Assembly (NCBI GenBank): GCA_013239625.1
Contig: MU054307.1
Coordinates: forward strand, 62,001-111,806
Direction: 5' to 3'
Source of the DNA: Lama guanicoe
Taxonomy: Eukaryota
Length of the DNA stretch: 49,806 nt
Position numbers and translations under genes: made by a program. The notes under the pieces were generated by a model. The model had not been told where the DNA came from and did no database searches. It saw only the letters and a program-made list of their open reading frames with translations. This document shows, piece after piece, positions 24,701 through 37,559 of the stretch; position 1 is the first letter of the stretch, and the number at the start of each line of letters is the position of its first letter.

Positions 24701-25663
24701 AGAACTCTTATAGTACTCATCTTTAATTTTGAACTCCTCTTTAAATATGGATGAAGACAATGCACTATGAAAAGAGAAAAAGAATAAATAACTTGACCAC
24801 TTCTGAATTTAAGTATTTGATAATAAATGAGCATAATATTGAGTCCAAATATTGACTATTGTATAAACTCTTCATTTAGGTGGGGAACTATCTGATTAAA
24901 ATTTTTTCAGTATAATATTTATCTTAATTGATCTAATCATATTTAAAATATGGTTTGAGATGTAAAAGTGATAACTGTGAACCTTATTATAATTTTGACA
25001 CTTCAGACCTGGTAAAACTTACAGTAGTTTTTTCAAATTGTTTGTATCTTGAGTCAATTCTGGAATTAGATTAACATGATAATTATGAAAATAATTCCAT
25101 TATTCAATTATATCTGAAGATGGTATAATGCAATTTTGTCATTGGAATTTAATCTCATGGTAGTTAGTTCTATGGACAAGGAAAAGTAGGCAATAATAGT
25201 CACCATTTATAACAAGAAAATATAAGACAGGGAATAAGAACACTATTTGCCTAGTGGAGATGAAGTAAGAAGCCAGGCCACTAAATTCTGGACCAAGCTT
25301 TTATCTTTAAATTAATGCTTTACAACAGAAGTACCACAATACACTCATGCTGCCATCAACTCTAAGACCTATTATAATTATCTACTAAAATGAATAAATA
25401 TGTATATTTGAAATGATTTTGTAAATAAACTTAATCCAATTCAACTCAGGAATATTCCTGTATAGAACCACATTCAAATGTGCTTTCTTAAATAGGAAGA
25501 AGAATAAATTATACATAACTCTGAACTGGCTACATAGAATCTGATCACTTTCAGCCACAGGTATCATGAAGGAAAAGAGTTTAAGAAAACTGAAACCACA
25601 TGAGTAAACATGATTTTTAATATTAGAGTGCCAAAATTATATTTGCGATGGTAGATGCCAAAG

Positions 25664-25730
25664 ACTGTTTGAGTGAGGGCTTGAAACTACCTAAAGAATA
25701 CTGTTTGAGTCTTGAAACTACCTAAAGAAT
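25664..25730 (+). repeat. Short tandem duplication (36 and 31 bp units)
   Basis: ACTGTTTGAGT(GAGGG)CTTGAAACTACCTAAAGAAT occurs twice. Confidence 0.9.
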
Positions 25731-27589
25731 TCTAAGGAATATGGATTTGGCTGAAGTGTCAGTGTGAAAATGTCTTTCAATTTGAACTTGTCTTTTAACT
25801 CTTGACTGAAAACCCGAATCAGATCAGAGAATTAGCATGTGCAGACATCATTCTCAACCTCATAAAAGCTTGAAATCCATTCACAATGACCCATTAATTG
25901 GTCTTCCAGCCTCTACTTAAACAGCTACAGCACTGGGTAGAGTGAAGACTTTAGGACCCCAACTCTTGTCCTAAGCTCCCCAAGCAACCCAGAAAGAAAG
26001 CAGAAGAAATTATGTCTGCATCTCAGCACAGTTGATCAGAAACTAATTGAGGTGTGGTTTGATGTTTGATAGGTTCAGGGTCTATTTTCACAAAAACCAA
26101 ATAAATACCCGGCAAAGTGTTCTGATAGCAGCTTCATGCATTTCACTAGGTGGAAAAAAACATGTTCTCAGTGTAAGAGGGCACTTAAGAGCAGAGTTCA
26201 TATTTTCCTAGTCCATCCAGAGACAATTGTATCCCAGAAGGACATCTGCAAAGTTACCAGAGTAGAAAAGCTTTGGAAAGTGGACTGTGGGGTCACAGCT
26301 CTTCCAATTTTACTTCTAATTGAAGTAAAAGCAGATACAGCAATATTTATGGCAGTAAGTGTATTGGCCTGGGCACATCACAGACCTTGGAAGCATCTTC
26401 CAATTTCCCTAAATTAACTACTTTTAGAAACATGGGAACCTGTTTCAGATCACAGGAGAAGATGATGTCATAGGGTGAAATAAAACTCGTGTCTGCTGAT
26501 TCTAAATCTAGTGTTCCTACTCCCCATCATGTTTTTATTCATAACATACTTGCTAAATAGTGTTACATCAAAGAGTCCATTGATTTCTTTAATAAAACAT
26601 ATGGTATCCATGAAGTGGAAGGCTGGATCTTTTTGTCAAGAGGGAAAACAATGAACACATTTATGGCATATACACACATGTGTATTTTGGTAGTGAACTT
26701 CATTTTTGAAAAGAGCCAGATTAATTCACAATGGCATCTAATAACTTAGGTAAGTTGTTTGTCTGAGAAATATTTTCTTTGATCAACTGTGGATTAAATA
26801 TTTCTATTTTTTTTCATATCTATCATAAACATTCTCCTAAAGCAGCTTTCAAAAATGATTCCAGATTCAAAGAAATAAATGTTAAGCTGACTTTCTAACA
26901 GTGAATTTATTTTACAAATATATTTTACTGTCTTCTTTTAAAGAACATCTGCATTTAATTGCTCCTAATAATTGCTAATATAATATGGTGTCACTTCCTA
27001 TGGTATACAATCAAAGATATTTTTATATACCAAAACATAATTGAATACTAGCTCCCCCACGTTCTGTATAATGAAAAGATCACAAGGTGTGGAATAAGAA
27101 TATTTGGGCTCAAAGCTGACTTTCACGTTCTATAATCTAGTAATTTAAATTTTCTGATTTTCCATTTTTTTAATAAAAGAACATTAAATTTTAGTTTTAT
27201 AGTGCTGTTGAGACAATTTGATTACACTTAAAATTTTTCACATCAGTATTTATACAGTAAAATCAATTTTTATGTTCACTGACAACTTTTACCAAATATA
27301 ATGAGAAATCCAATATAATTTTTAATATTAGGTATGTCAGGGATGTGCCAAGAGAGCATTGGCAAGTATCTTATTTCTATAATATATTCCACATCCTAGA
27401 TACCAACAGGCCACACAGCTTTCTGAGTAACAGCTGCTTATATACAGAGGTGCATCATATAATTCTGTAATTAGAAAGGAAAAGTTTCCAGTTATTGCAA
27501 AAGAAGAGAAGTTCTGACAAAATGCTGTGTTATATCTGATATCATTTGAAATCATTAAAAGAGTGTCAAATCTGGATTTATAAGAAAGC

Positions 27590-27760
27590 AAATCTGAATC
27601 CTAGTTCTGTCTTTGATTTGGGCAGGTTATTAACTTTTTTGAACCTCATTTCTCTTTACTTGTAAAATGTGAATAGTCCTAATAACCCCTACCTTGCTGA
27701 TGTGGTGTCAGCACCTGATGACAGGTTTTGGAAGGGATTTATAGCAATAAAATGTGAAAA
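27590..27760 (+). mobile_element. MIR SINE
   Basis: TGAATCCTAGTTCTG...TTGGGCAGGTTATTAAC...GAACCTCATTTCTCTTTACTTGTAAAATG. Confidence 0.7.
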
Positions 27761-27797
27761 AATAAAGATCCTAATAGAAATAAGTCTTCATACTGGG

Positions 27798-28759
27798 TCA
27801 TTTATCTGAAGTTACATTTCTGTTTAATAACATTCTAATGGCATTTTTTACTCCTACATTTCTTACTGTGTCGATAATATGGTTTAACAGGGCAGTAACA
27901 AGGGTACAGAATACCACTAGGGCTTTATCCATAGGAAAAGTGGCTACAGGTCAGATACATAAAACTATAAAGTGCCACCACCACTGCCACCACCACCAAC
28001 AAAACAACTGTGATGTTGGAGCTGTATACAAGTAGACAGGGCTATTTTCCACCCTGCAGAGCTGTGAGTCCTTGGGGAGCACAGGATGACCACATAAGAT
28101 ACCAATAACATTATAAATCTGAGCACAGGGTTTACCCCACCACTGGCAACAACCAAGAGACCAAGGAAATTGTTAGTGCAGGCAAGTCATATCAGGGGAA
28201 AATTTCACACATGAGGTGACCCATGTATTTGGGGCCACAGGATGGGAGCCAGAAAGTGACTAGGATCTGTCCAATAGAGTTGAGAAAACTGACTGCCCAA
28301 CACACCCCCACCAGGAGGCAGCATGTGTGGTGGTTCATGATGATCACATAGTGCAGAGGTCTACAGATGGCCAGGTAGCGGTCATAGGCCACAACCACAA
28401 GCACAATCTCTGAAGCTTCCAAGAAATGTTCAGGAAAAGCTGTGTCATGTAGCCACTGAAGGAGATAGTTTTTGAATCAGGGAAAAATATCAGCTAACAT
28501 TTTAGGGATAATGGAAGAGGAATAGCATAAATATATCAAAGACAGGAAGGTCAGAGAAAAAAATACATGGGGGAGTCCAAAATTTTGTGCAGATTATAGT
28601 AACCACAATGAGCAAACTGCCCATGACAGTGACAATGTATGTGATAAGTAACACCAAAAATAATAGAGTTCTCTGTATCTGGCGATTCTGTGTAAGTCCC
28701 ACTAGGATTAATTGAGTCACATTTATTCTATCTTCTTTTATTTCAATGCTGATGATCAT
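27798..28759 (-). pseudogene. OR family 4 (OR4C-like) pseudogene
   Basis: Reads NVTQLILVGLTQN, VAYDRYLAICRPLHY, IALSTC, TFPMDKA and TVRNVGVKNAIR...TSDK* across several frames, with multiple frameshifts and stops. Confidence 0.92.
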
Positions 28760-30157
28760 TCATTTCAGAATTGATAAATTAACCTGTAAAGACAATATTT
28801 TTAGTAGCAAGGTGATGAGAAATTAATATTTTGGGGTTTCAGATAATCCAAAGTATTTTGATAGTATAAGCTATTTTTTCCCATAGTGTGCACTAGGAAA
28901 AGAAAGATGGCAAATATGAGCAACTCCTGAGGCTGTTTAATTCAGCTTCTTACAAGGATGCTCAAATCCTTCTTTAATGCCTTCTGACAGTTGGCCCTTA
29001 GGCTTTTGCTGAAGGATGTTTAGTCACAGGGAACTCACAGTATAATAAACCTGACTGCTTCACAGCCATGGGAAATGCTAACTTTTCCTTAACTGTTAAA
29101 AAATATATTTGTATGACTATTGGTTCTGGTTCTGCACACTGCTGATACACAGATTTAGTTTAATTCACCCCCCTCTTCCATTTAAAGGCCACTTAATTAA
29201 GTCTAAGAGATACAGATCTGTATCTGTCTTCTTTGCCTCTTTATCCCCAGCACTTGGTTCAGTGTCTGACTCACACTGCTGTTCAATAAAACTAAGTGAA
29301 TAAATAAATTGGAAGACTCTCATTTCCCCTGTGTTTTCCTTTTTTCAAGCTAATTTCAAAAATAGCATTTACTCTCTTACTTCAAAAAAAAAAAGAATAA
29401 ACAGTTGGAATGTCAAAAATTATTTTTCTTTTACCCATTGAGATCTCTCAGTCTCTCCTTCTGAACAGCTCTCTTTCCTGGTCAGCTTTAACCATCTCCC
29501 TTGACTTCTGGCCAAGAGGTAGCACCAGCTGAATATTTCAGTGGGGAGGTGAGAAGAAAAGAAGGAATGTTTTGGTGCTTATTGTCCTGGTTCCCTGCAG
29601 TGGTTTGTCAGTGACTGGGTGCCTTTCACTGAGGCTGGGCTCCTTTGCTTGGCCCTTCTGTGATCTCTCCCCCTTGCTCTCTGAGGTCCTATTACAGTAA
29701 TGGCTTTCTACTGTTACTAGCCCTGGGGTGATTTACCATCCCTTCTTAGTTTCCCTCAATTCTACCCATACCTTGATAAGTAAACATATTCAACTCTTTT
29801 TAATCTCCCATTTTAAGTGTGCTATTTCTTGTTAAAACTTCAATGGATGCAGAAGTATGTTTTTTTCCTTTGTGAAAATGTAAATGTGGAAATAGTTTTC
29901 TCTTTATGTACATTTATTTTATACATAAGGCATCAGTACTTCTATTGATGGATAACTGCTAAATAAATTCAACTTTTGTCAGGAGAAAATATTGTGGAAA
30001 AAATGCAGCATTAAAAAAATCTGTGTGTTATGTATAATACTTCATTTGGAGTCATGGTTCTATGGGATTTATGTCTTTGACTAACTTGAAGCTATTTTAC
30101 AACTCTTGAAGTTGCAGAAAACTGACAATAATGTAGGTAATTGCTGTTCATAGAAAT
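28348..30157 (+). repeat. Old segmental duplication, copy A (paralogue at 43820-45600)
   Basis: Collinear similarity, roughly 80% by eye, across the OR 5' half, intron and LTR33. For example AACCTGTAAAGACAATATTT occurs at both 28781 and 44251. Confidence 0.9.
29410..29851 (+). mobile_element. ERVL LTR33-like LTR (paralogous copy at about 44850-45284)
   Basis: CTGTTACTAGCCCTGGGGTGATTTACCATCCCTTCTTAGTTTCCCTCAA resembles LTR33. Confidence 0.7.
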
Positions 30158-30769
30158 GCACATTTTGTCTGGTGGAAGTTTGATTGATTTCCTTGACCAT
30201 TACAGATAAAGTCAGTTTTTCATTTACTTGTAAATTCGTTACACATTCTGGGCGAACAATGTTAAGAGTGATACACTGGAATTCCTTTCTACTGATAATA
30301 ACATCTCACTATTTCCTTCATTAATCAATAAGCTAAATAAAATCTTTGCCATGTGTTCATTTTATATTTGTATGAGAGTCATGATTTTACTTCTTAAAAA
30401 AGTATTTTCCTCCCTGGATATTAGAATAATGACCATCTTAGAGAGATGTGCTAAAAGACTCATGAAAATCTAGATATTCTTATTGTTAGTTCTTCATGGG
30501 TGTTCTTTTTGCATGGGATTTATTTCTAGTTCACCAGTTGGTAAAAATCTTCTTTAAAACTTGCTTTGAAGTCAAATGTTCCAATAGCTCTTTTTTCTCT
30601 CAATTTCCATTTTTGTGGTGTTTGAAATATTTAAAGTTCTGTGATAATTAAAGACTAAAGAAATTAACCCCAATTTTATGTTGAGAGATGTTATTATTTG
30701 GTAAATTATAAAGTTCTGTATGAAGGTTAGCAATTATTATTATAGGTAATGATCAAATCCTAATTTAGT

Positions 30770-30990
30770 CTGCTGCATATATACTAGGCATTCTGCAAAG
30801 AATTTTATATAAATTATCTTACTTGATATTTTTAGAAGAGGGTTACATGTGGTTGGAAGATAAGAAAATTGAGACAAGAAGGAGTTAAGCCTTGTGCCCC
30901 AGGACATACAGTTAGTAAGAAGCAGACCTAAAGATATAATTCAAGACTGTCTGACCTCAAGTCTCGATCTTGATCTTGGCCCCACATTAC
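30770..30990 (-). mobile_element. MIR SINE
   Basis: GATAAGAAAATTGAGACAAGAAGGAGTTAAG...ACAGTTAGTAAGAAGCAGA. Confidence 0.7.
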
Positions 30991-31288
30991 CACCTACATA
31001 AAAACTTACCAAATAATTAGCCAGATCTTTCTTTAACATTAATCCTTCAGCAAAGACATTCAGAAGACTGTTTCTCATCCTAATTTGTGGAGGCATTGAA
31101 TAATGGTTTCAAAAACACTTGGGAATTTGAAAGATGTCAACTTTTTCCTCTAAGAATTTCCCATCTCCTCTCTCAGAAGAATTAAGAATTGTATAGTTAT
31201 TTTATTCACTTTATTAAGTCAGTTAATAACATATAACCTTGTCCATTTTTATTTTTCCCTAATTTTGCTATTTTAAAAAGTATTGTGT

Positions 31289-32030
31289 AAATATGGAGTG
31301 GATGTGGAGAACAGAGAACCCTCCTACACTGTTGGTGGGAATGTAGTTTATTGCAGCCATTATGGAAAACAGTATGGAGATTCCTATAAGATTAAAAACA
31401 GACAACCATATGATCCAACAATCCCACTCCTAAGCATATATCTGGAGGAAACTCTAATTTGTAAAGATACATGCACCCCAGTGTTCATAGCAGCAGTATT
31501 TACAATAACCAAGATATGGAAACAATCTAAATGCCCATCAACAGATGACTGGATAAAGAAATTGTGGTATATTTATATAATGGAATACAACTTAGCCATA
31601 AAAAAGCCATTTGCAGCAACATGGATGGACTGGGAGATCATCTTTCTAAGTGAAGTAAGCCTGAAAGAGAAAGAAAAATACCATATATCACTTATATGTG
31701 GAATCTTAAAAAAAAGACAAATGATCTTACAAAACAGAAACAGATTCACAGACATAGAAAACAAATTTAGGGTTACTAGGGTGATAAGGGCTGGAAAGGG
31801 GTATTGGGAGTTTGAGATTTGCATATACTATTATATATTAAATATATAAACAGCAAGTTTATACTGCATAGTCCACAGAACTATATTCAATATCTTGTAG
31901 TAACATATAATGAAAATGAATATTTGTTTGTATGTGTATGACTGAAACATTATGTTGTATACCAGAAACTGATGCATATTGTAAATTGACTACACTCCAA
32001 TAATTTAAAAACTTAATAAAAATTTTTAAA
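31289..32030 (+). mobile_element. 5'-truncated L1 (ORF2 C-terminus, 3'UTR, A-rich tail)
   Basis: ORF 31283..31849 contains PYDPTIPLLSIY, DTCTPVFIAA and DWIKKLWYIY, the L1 ORF2 C-terminus. Confidence 0.93.
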
Positions 32031-32039
32031 AATCATGTA

Positions 32040-32190
32040 ATGAGCACTTCTTGACTCCTCTTTCATATTTAACCTCAAAGTAACCCTATGAGATGAATAC
32101 ATTATTCCAAGTTCATAGATAAAAAAGTGGAGGGTCAGAAAAGTTTATTCCGCCTGTCTAAACTGGTGTGACCAGTAAGTAGTAGAACTA
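32040..32190 (-). mobile_element. MIR SINE fragment (duplicated at 34253-34403)
   Basis: TGAGCACTT...ATTTAACCTCAAAGTAACCCTATGAG...AGTAAGTAGTAGAAC. Confidence 0.7.
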
Positions 32191-33339
32191 AAAGCATATT
32201 TCTGCTGTTTTAGTTCCAAGCTGTTAGCTGTCTAATTTAAGAGCTGAAATCTCTGGAAAGTGTTGGATATGGTTCACAATAAGCAGAATAACATTCCTCA
32301 ATTTCATACTATATTATAAATGAGCTCTCTAAGGATTAGAGTACATGGAGGCCAGAATTTGATCAACAAATAAACAAACAAGTAATAAAATCATAGGTAT
32401 TGAGAATTGAAAGTGTTAGTATAGAGTATCTAATTCATTATTTTTATTTTGCATACAAGTAAACTGAGATCCAGGGAAGGAAAGGAACATATTTAAAATT
32501 GTACATCCTGATGATAGCAGATTAAAAATAAGAATTCAGGTTTCCTAAATTCCAACCTATTTTATCTTTTCTCTACATGGAATGGCTGATACTCTCACTT
32601 GTTACAGAGTAATTCAAACAAAAGGCATTGTTGTGTTTGCCCAATTGATCTATGTAATTACTTCAAATAAGCCTCACTGTTTCCCAAATGAGATACATCT
32701 AGGGAAATGAAGATGTTGAGAGATCATTATCAAATACATCTTTGACTCTATCCTATAGGGTTGTCTCATATAAAGGAAAATCACACAAAGTAAAGGTATT
32801 TTTAAAAGAGATTTTAAATAGGATAGGATATATTAAAGGAATAAAACAATTTCAGATCCACATAATGAATAGCATTATAAGGGCACATACAGAAAGCTAA
32901 GAGTCAGAAAGTAGGAATATATCTGTCAACCTAAAGACAGAGAAGGCTTCTCTAATGCCTTAGCTGAGTTTCTAAGGGAAAATGAAAGAACAAGAAGAGA
33001 TGGGAAGGAAATTCCATGAAGGTACACCATTTATAATTACCAAAAATGTAATACTTGACACCCACATAAGCTACTTTACACATCCCAGTGTGAGTAGGTC
33101 AAAATATAAACAGATGGTCAGTGGCCTGAATTGTCTTAGAACTCCTGAAGCCTTTCTCTTACTGTCTTAGGTGGATATTCCTCCTTTCCCTGACCATTAA
33201 TTGCTGAAGTAGTCCAATTTTGTACCTTCAGCCTCTGTCTCCACATGTATAAGCAGCATGTACAGTTTTGGACATTTCTGGTTATATTTCAATTTAATAT
33301 TTCTAAAACATGATTTAAAATGTCCACAATAATAAATGT

Positions 33340-33487
33340 GTATAAAAATAAATAATAAAAATAATAAATAAGATACTAATATATTTGATATATATTATAT
33401 GATACATAATATATATTAATACAATAAAATAAATAAATAATATAAAATAATAAATAAATATATAAATAAATAAATAATAAATAAATA
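33340..33487 (+). repeat. AT-rich low-complexity (AAAT/ATA) tract, also at 35553-35700
   Basis: Nearly pure A/T; it produces the spurious I/Y/F-rich ORF. Confidence 0.9.
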
Positions 33488-33620
33488 CCTTGAACACATC
33501 CTGCTGTCTCTACTTTCAAAATATATCACAAATTTGGTCATTTCTTACCCCTCTACTTCTTTTTTTGCCCACTCCAATTACCTCCTGCCCAGTCTCTCCA
33601 CTTTTATTCTGGCCTCCATC

Positions 33621-33651
33621 NNNNNNNNNNNNNNNNNNNNNNNNNNNNNNN
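33621..33651. other. Assembly gap (31 N)
   Basis: Run of N exactly between the two duplicated copies. Confidence 0.99.
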
Positions 33652-35833
33652 TATCTGGAGGAAACTCTAATTTGTAAAGATACATGCACCCCAGTGTTCA
33701 TAGCAGCAGTATTTACAATAACCAAGATATGGAAACAATCTAAATGCCCATCAACAGATGACTGGATAAAGAAATTGTGGTATATTTATATAATGGAATA
33801 CAACTTAGCCATAAAAAAGCCATTTGCAGCAACATGGATGGACTGGGAGATCATCTTTCTAAGTGAAGTAAGCCTGAAAGAGAAAGAAAAATACCATATA
33901 TCACTTATATGTGGAATCTTAAAAAAAAGACAAATGATCTTACAAAACAGAAACAGATTCACAGACATAGAAAACAAATTTAGGGTTACTAGGGTGATAA
34001 GGGCTGGAAAGGGGTATTGGGAGTTTGAGATTTGCATATGCTATTATATATTAAATACATAAACAGCAAGTTTATACTGCATAGTCCACAGAACTATATT
34101 CAATATCTTGTAGTAACATATAATGAAAATGAATATTTGTTTGTATGTGTATGACTGAAACATTATGTTGTATACCAGAAACTGATGCATATTGTAAATT
34201 GACTACACTCCAATAATTTAAAAACTTAATAAAAATTTTTAAAAATCATGTAATGAGCACTTCTTGACTCCTCTTTCATATTTAACCTCAAAGTAACCCT
34301 ATGAGATGAATACATTATTCCAAGTTCATAGATAAAAAAGTGGAGGGTCAGAAAAGTTTATTCCGCCTGTCTAAACTGGTGTGACCAGTAAGTAGTAGAA
34401 CTAAAAGCATATTTCTGCTGTTTTAGTTCCAAGCTGTTAGCTGTCTAATTTAAGAGCTGAAATCTCTGGAAAGTGTTGGATATGGTTCACAATAAGCAGA
34501 ATAACATTCCTCAATTTCATACTATATTATAAATGAGCTCTCTAAGGATTAGAGTACATGGAGGCCAGAATTTGATCAACAAATAAACAAACAAGTAATA
34601 AAATCATAGGTATTGAGAATTGAAAGTGTTAGTATAGAGTATCTAATTCATTATTTTTATTTTGCATACAAGTAAACTGAGATCCAGGGAAGGAAAGGAA
34701 CATATTTAAAATTGTACATCCTGATGATAGCAGATTAAAAATAAGAATTCAGGTTTCCTAAATTCCAACCTATTTTATCTTTTCTCTACATGGAATGGCT
34801 GATACTCTCACTTGTTACAGAGTAATTCAAACAAAAGGCATTGTTGTGTTTGCCCAATTGATCTATGTAATTACTTCAAATAAGCCTCACTGTTTCCCAA
34901 ATGAGATACATCTAGGGAAATGAAGATGTTGAGAGATCATTATCAAATACATCTTTGACTCTATCCTATAGGATTGTCTCATATAAAGGAAAATCACACA
35001 AAGTAAAGGTATTTTTAAAAGAGATTTTAAATAGGATAGGATATATTAAAGGAATAAAACAATTTCAGATCCACATAATGAATAGCATTATAAGGGCACA
35101 TACAGAAAGCTAAGAGTCAGAAAGTAGGAATATATCTGTCAACCTAAAGACAGAGAAGGCTTCTCTAATGCCTTAGCTGAGTTTCTAAGGGAAAATGAAA
35201 GAACAAGAAGAGATGGGAAGGAAATTCCATGAAGGTACACCATTTATAATTACCAAAAATGTAATACTTGACACCCACATAAGCTACTTTACACATCCCA
35301 GTGTGAGTAGGTCAAAATATAAACAGATGGTCAGTGGCCTGAATTGTCTTAGAACTCCTGAAGCCTTTCTCTTACTGTCTTAGGTGGATATTCCTCCTTT
35401 CCCTGACCATTAATTGCTGAAGTAGTCCAATTTTGTACCTTCAGCCTCTGTCTCCACATGTATAAGCAGCATGTACAGTTTTGGACATTTCTGGTTATAT
35501 TTCAATTTAATATTTCTAAAACATGATTTAAAATGTCCACAATAATAAATGTGTATAAAAATAAATAATAAAAATAATAAATAAGATACTAATATATTTG
35601 ATATATATTATATGATACATAATATATATTAATACAATAAAATAAATAAATAATATAAAATAATAAATAAATATATAAATAAATAAATAATAAATAAATA
35701 CCTTGAACACATCCTGCTGTCTCTACTTTCAAAATATATCACAAATTTGGTCATTTCTTACCCCTCTACTTCTTTTTTTGCCCACTCCAATCACCTCCTG
35801 CCCAGTCTCTCCACTTTTATTCTGGCCTCCATC
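33652..35833 (+). repeat. Copy 2 of the 2,182-bp duplication, including a second copy of the L1 tail
   Basis: Matching ORFs at 33786, 35195 and 35528 versus 31573, 32982 and 33315. Confidence 0.97.
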
Positions 35834-37559
35834 TATTTGTTCTTTTTAGGTAGTCCACATTTTGCTTCTTAAATTTTGTTCTGATTACATCACCCAACTT
35901 CTCTAAGCACTTATGGTGAATTCCAATCATGTACTCAGAATTTAATGTATCATATTTAACATTTACAGTCATAGGAACTGTATTCACCTTTTTATAGTTG
36001 AAAAAAATGAGGCTCAGACCATCTCATTCATTTCTGCATGATCACACATTTTTACATTATTAACACTAGAATTGGAACCTAAGTTCAATTTATTTCAAAA
36101 TGATTTATTTCTTACATGAGAAAGAAAGTCACACAATTGTGAATCCTGGTTCCCACTATGTACTGTTATTGTCACCTTGTGGAGGCTTGTTCCATAATCT
36201 GAAGGATGAGTTTTTAAACTATTCATAACCTGGAATCCTCTTTTCATTCTGTTTGACAATAGAGGGCAAAAGACTGAATTATTACTTGAGGATATATTTT
36301 ATTTCATTCTACTGTGTTTATTTTTTCTATGGAGTCTTATAAATATATAGAAGGCATTTTATTTGCACTGTAGATTATTTAAAAGAAATACCTTGGTGAC
36401 TACAAAAAACAAAAGTATATCATGTTTGAATAATTTATCAAAAATATCAGCAAATCCTATATTTACACAAGATTGTAACTAGCCATTTTCTGAGGGAAAT
36501 ACATCTCAAGCAACTTGATTTCCTAAGCTTCAAAATAGAAAAATATTTAATTGTTTAATCTTTCTCATCCATCCTGTTGATGTGACTAGTTGATTTGAGA
36601 GTTTGAGATACATTCTGTTTCTTCCTCTTTGTTATGCATTGCTTGAAGCCTAGCAAAGGATCTCCTGAAAAAATTGTATCAGTTTTTAAAGGATAGTAGC
36701 TGTGTTCCCACTAGGGGCAAGATCACTGGATGTTTTATCCCTTCAAACCTCATTTGTCATTAAGACTTAGAACTGGAAAGTGTCCAAAACTGATTCTCAC
36801 TTAATTAAATTCACTGGGATTTTCCACTACATTTTAAAAGTACATCAGTATGTAAAGAGGTTACTAAACCTCATCACAGAATTAGGGTAAAAAAGATGGA
36901 ACATGAAAAAAAACCCCCACAACTTTATAACTGCTTTCAAAATATTGCAAACCAAGGATAATATAGCAGCCAAACCATTTTTGTTTCAGTGAAAATTAAT
37001 TCCTCAAGTATTTTCCCACTTGCCATAACAAGCTTATCTTTCTTTTTATTCAATATTTCACTTTTCCTGTCATGACTTTTATTAAATTTATAGAAATGTT
37101 ATCACCATTTCAGATGTAATATCTAATGTTTTATCCAATTATTATTTATTTTATAATTTAAGGCACCTATTTTCTACCAGCAAATGTGTCATAATAGAGG
37201 AGACAGTAATCAATAAAAGAAGGAAAAAAACACATGAAAATTTCTTCCCACATGGATCTTATATTCTTACAATAAAGACAATAAAAAGGAGACAATTTAA
37301 TAATGTAATTGTAGTTCTCTGCAGTGCTTTTATGATAACAGATAGAATACTGTGACAGAAATAAGAAATCAGAGAAGACATTTTTTAAAAGGTGATATTT
37401 AAGCTGCAATCCAAAGAATAGGAATGATTACCATTGACAGCAGTGTTACAGACAGTAAAATTTAAGTAAGTTAAATTATCTTGCCTCAGAGATGACATAA
37501 TCTATACCTAGAAAACAATTCTAAGAATTTAATATGAAATTTACTGCAGTACTACATTG

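Larger units (their letters stand above)
31439..33620 (+). repeat. Copy 1 of a 2,182-bp direct duplication flanking a gap
   Basis: Constant offset of 2213 to 33652-35833. Four substitutions seen. Confidence 0.97.

Noticed and set aside
31283..31849. 188-aa and 190-aa ORFs as host genes (also 33490-34062)
   Set aside because: They are L1 ORF2 C-terminus running into 3'UTR; the second also crosses a gap.
33315..33497. Hydrophobic 60-aa ORF (also 35528-35710)
   Set aside because: It is the translation of an AT-only low-complexity tract.
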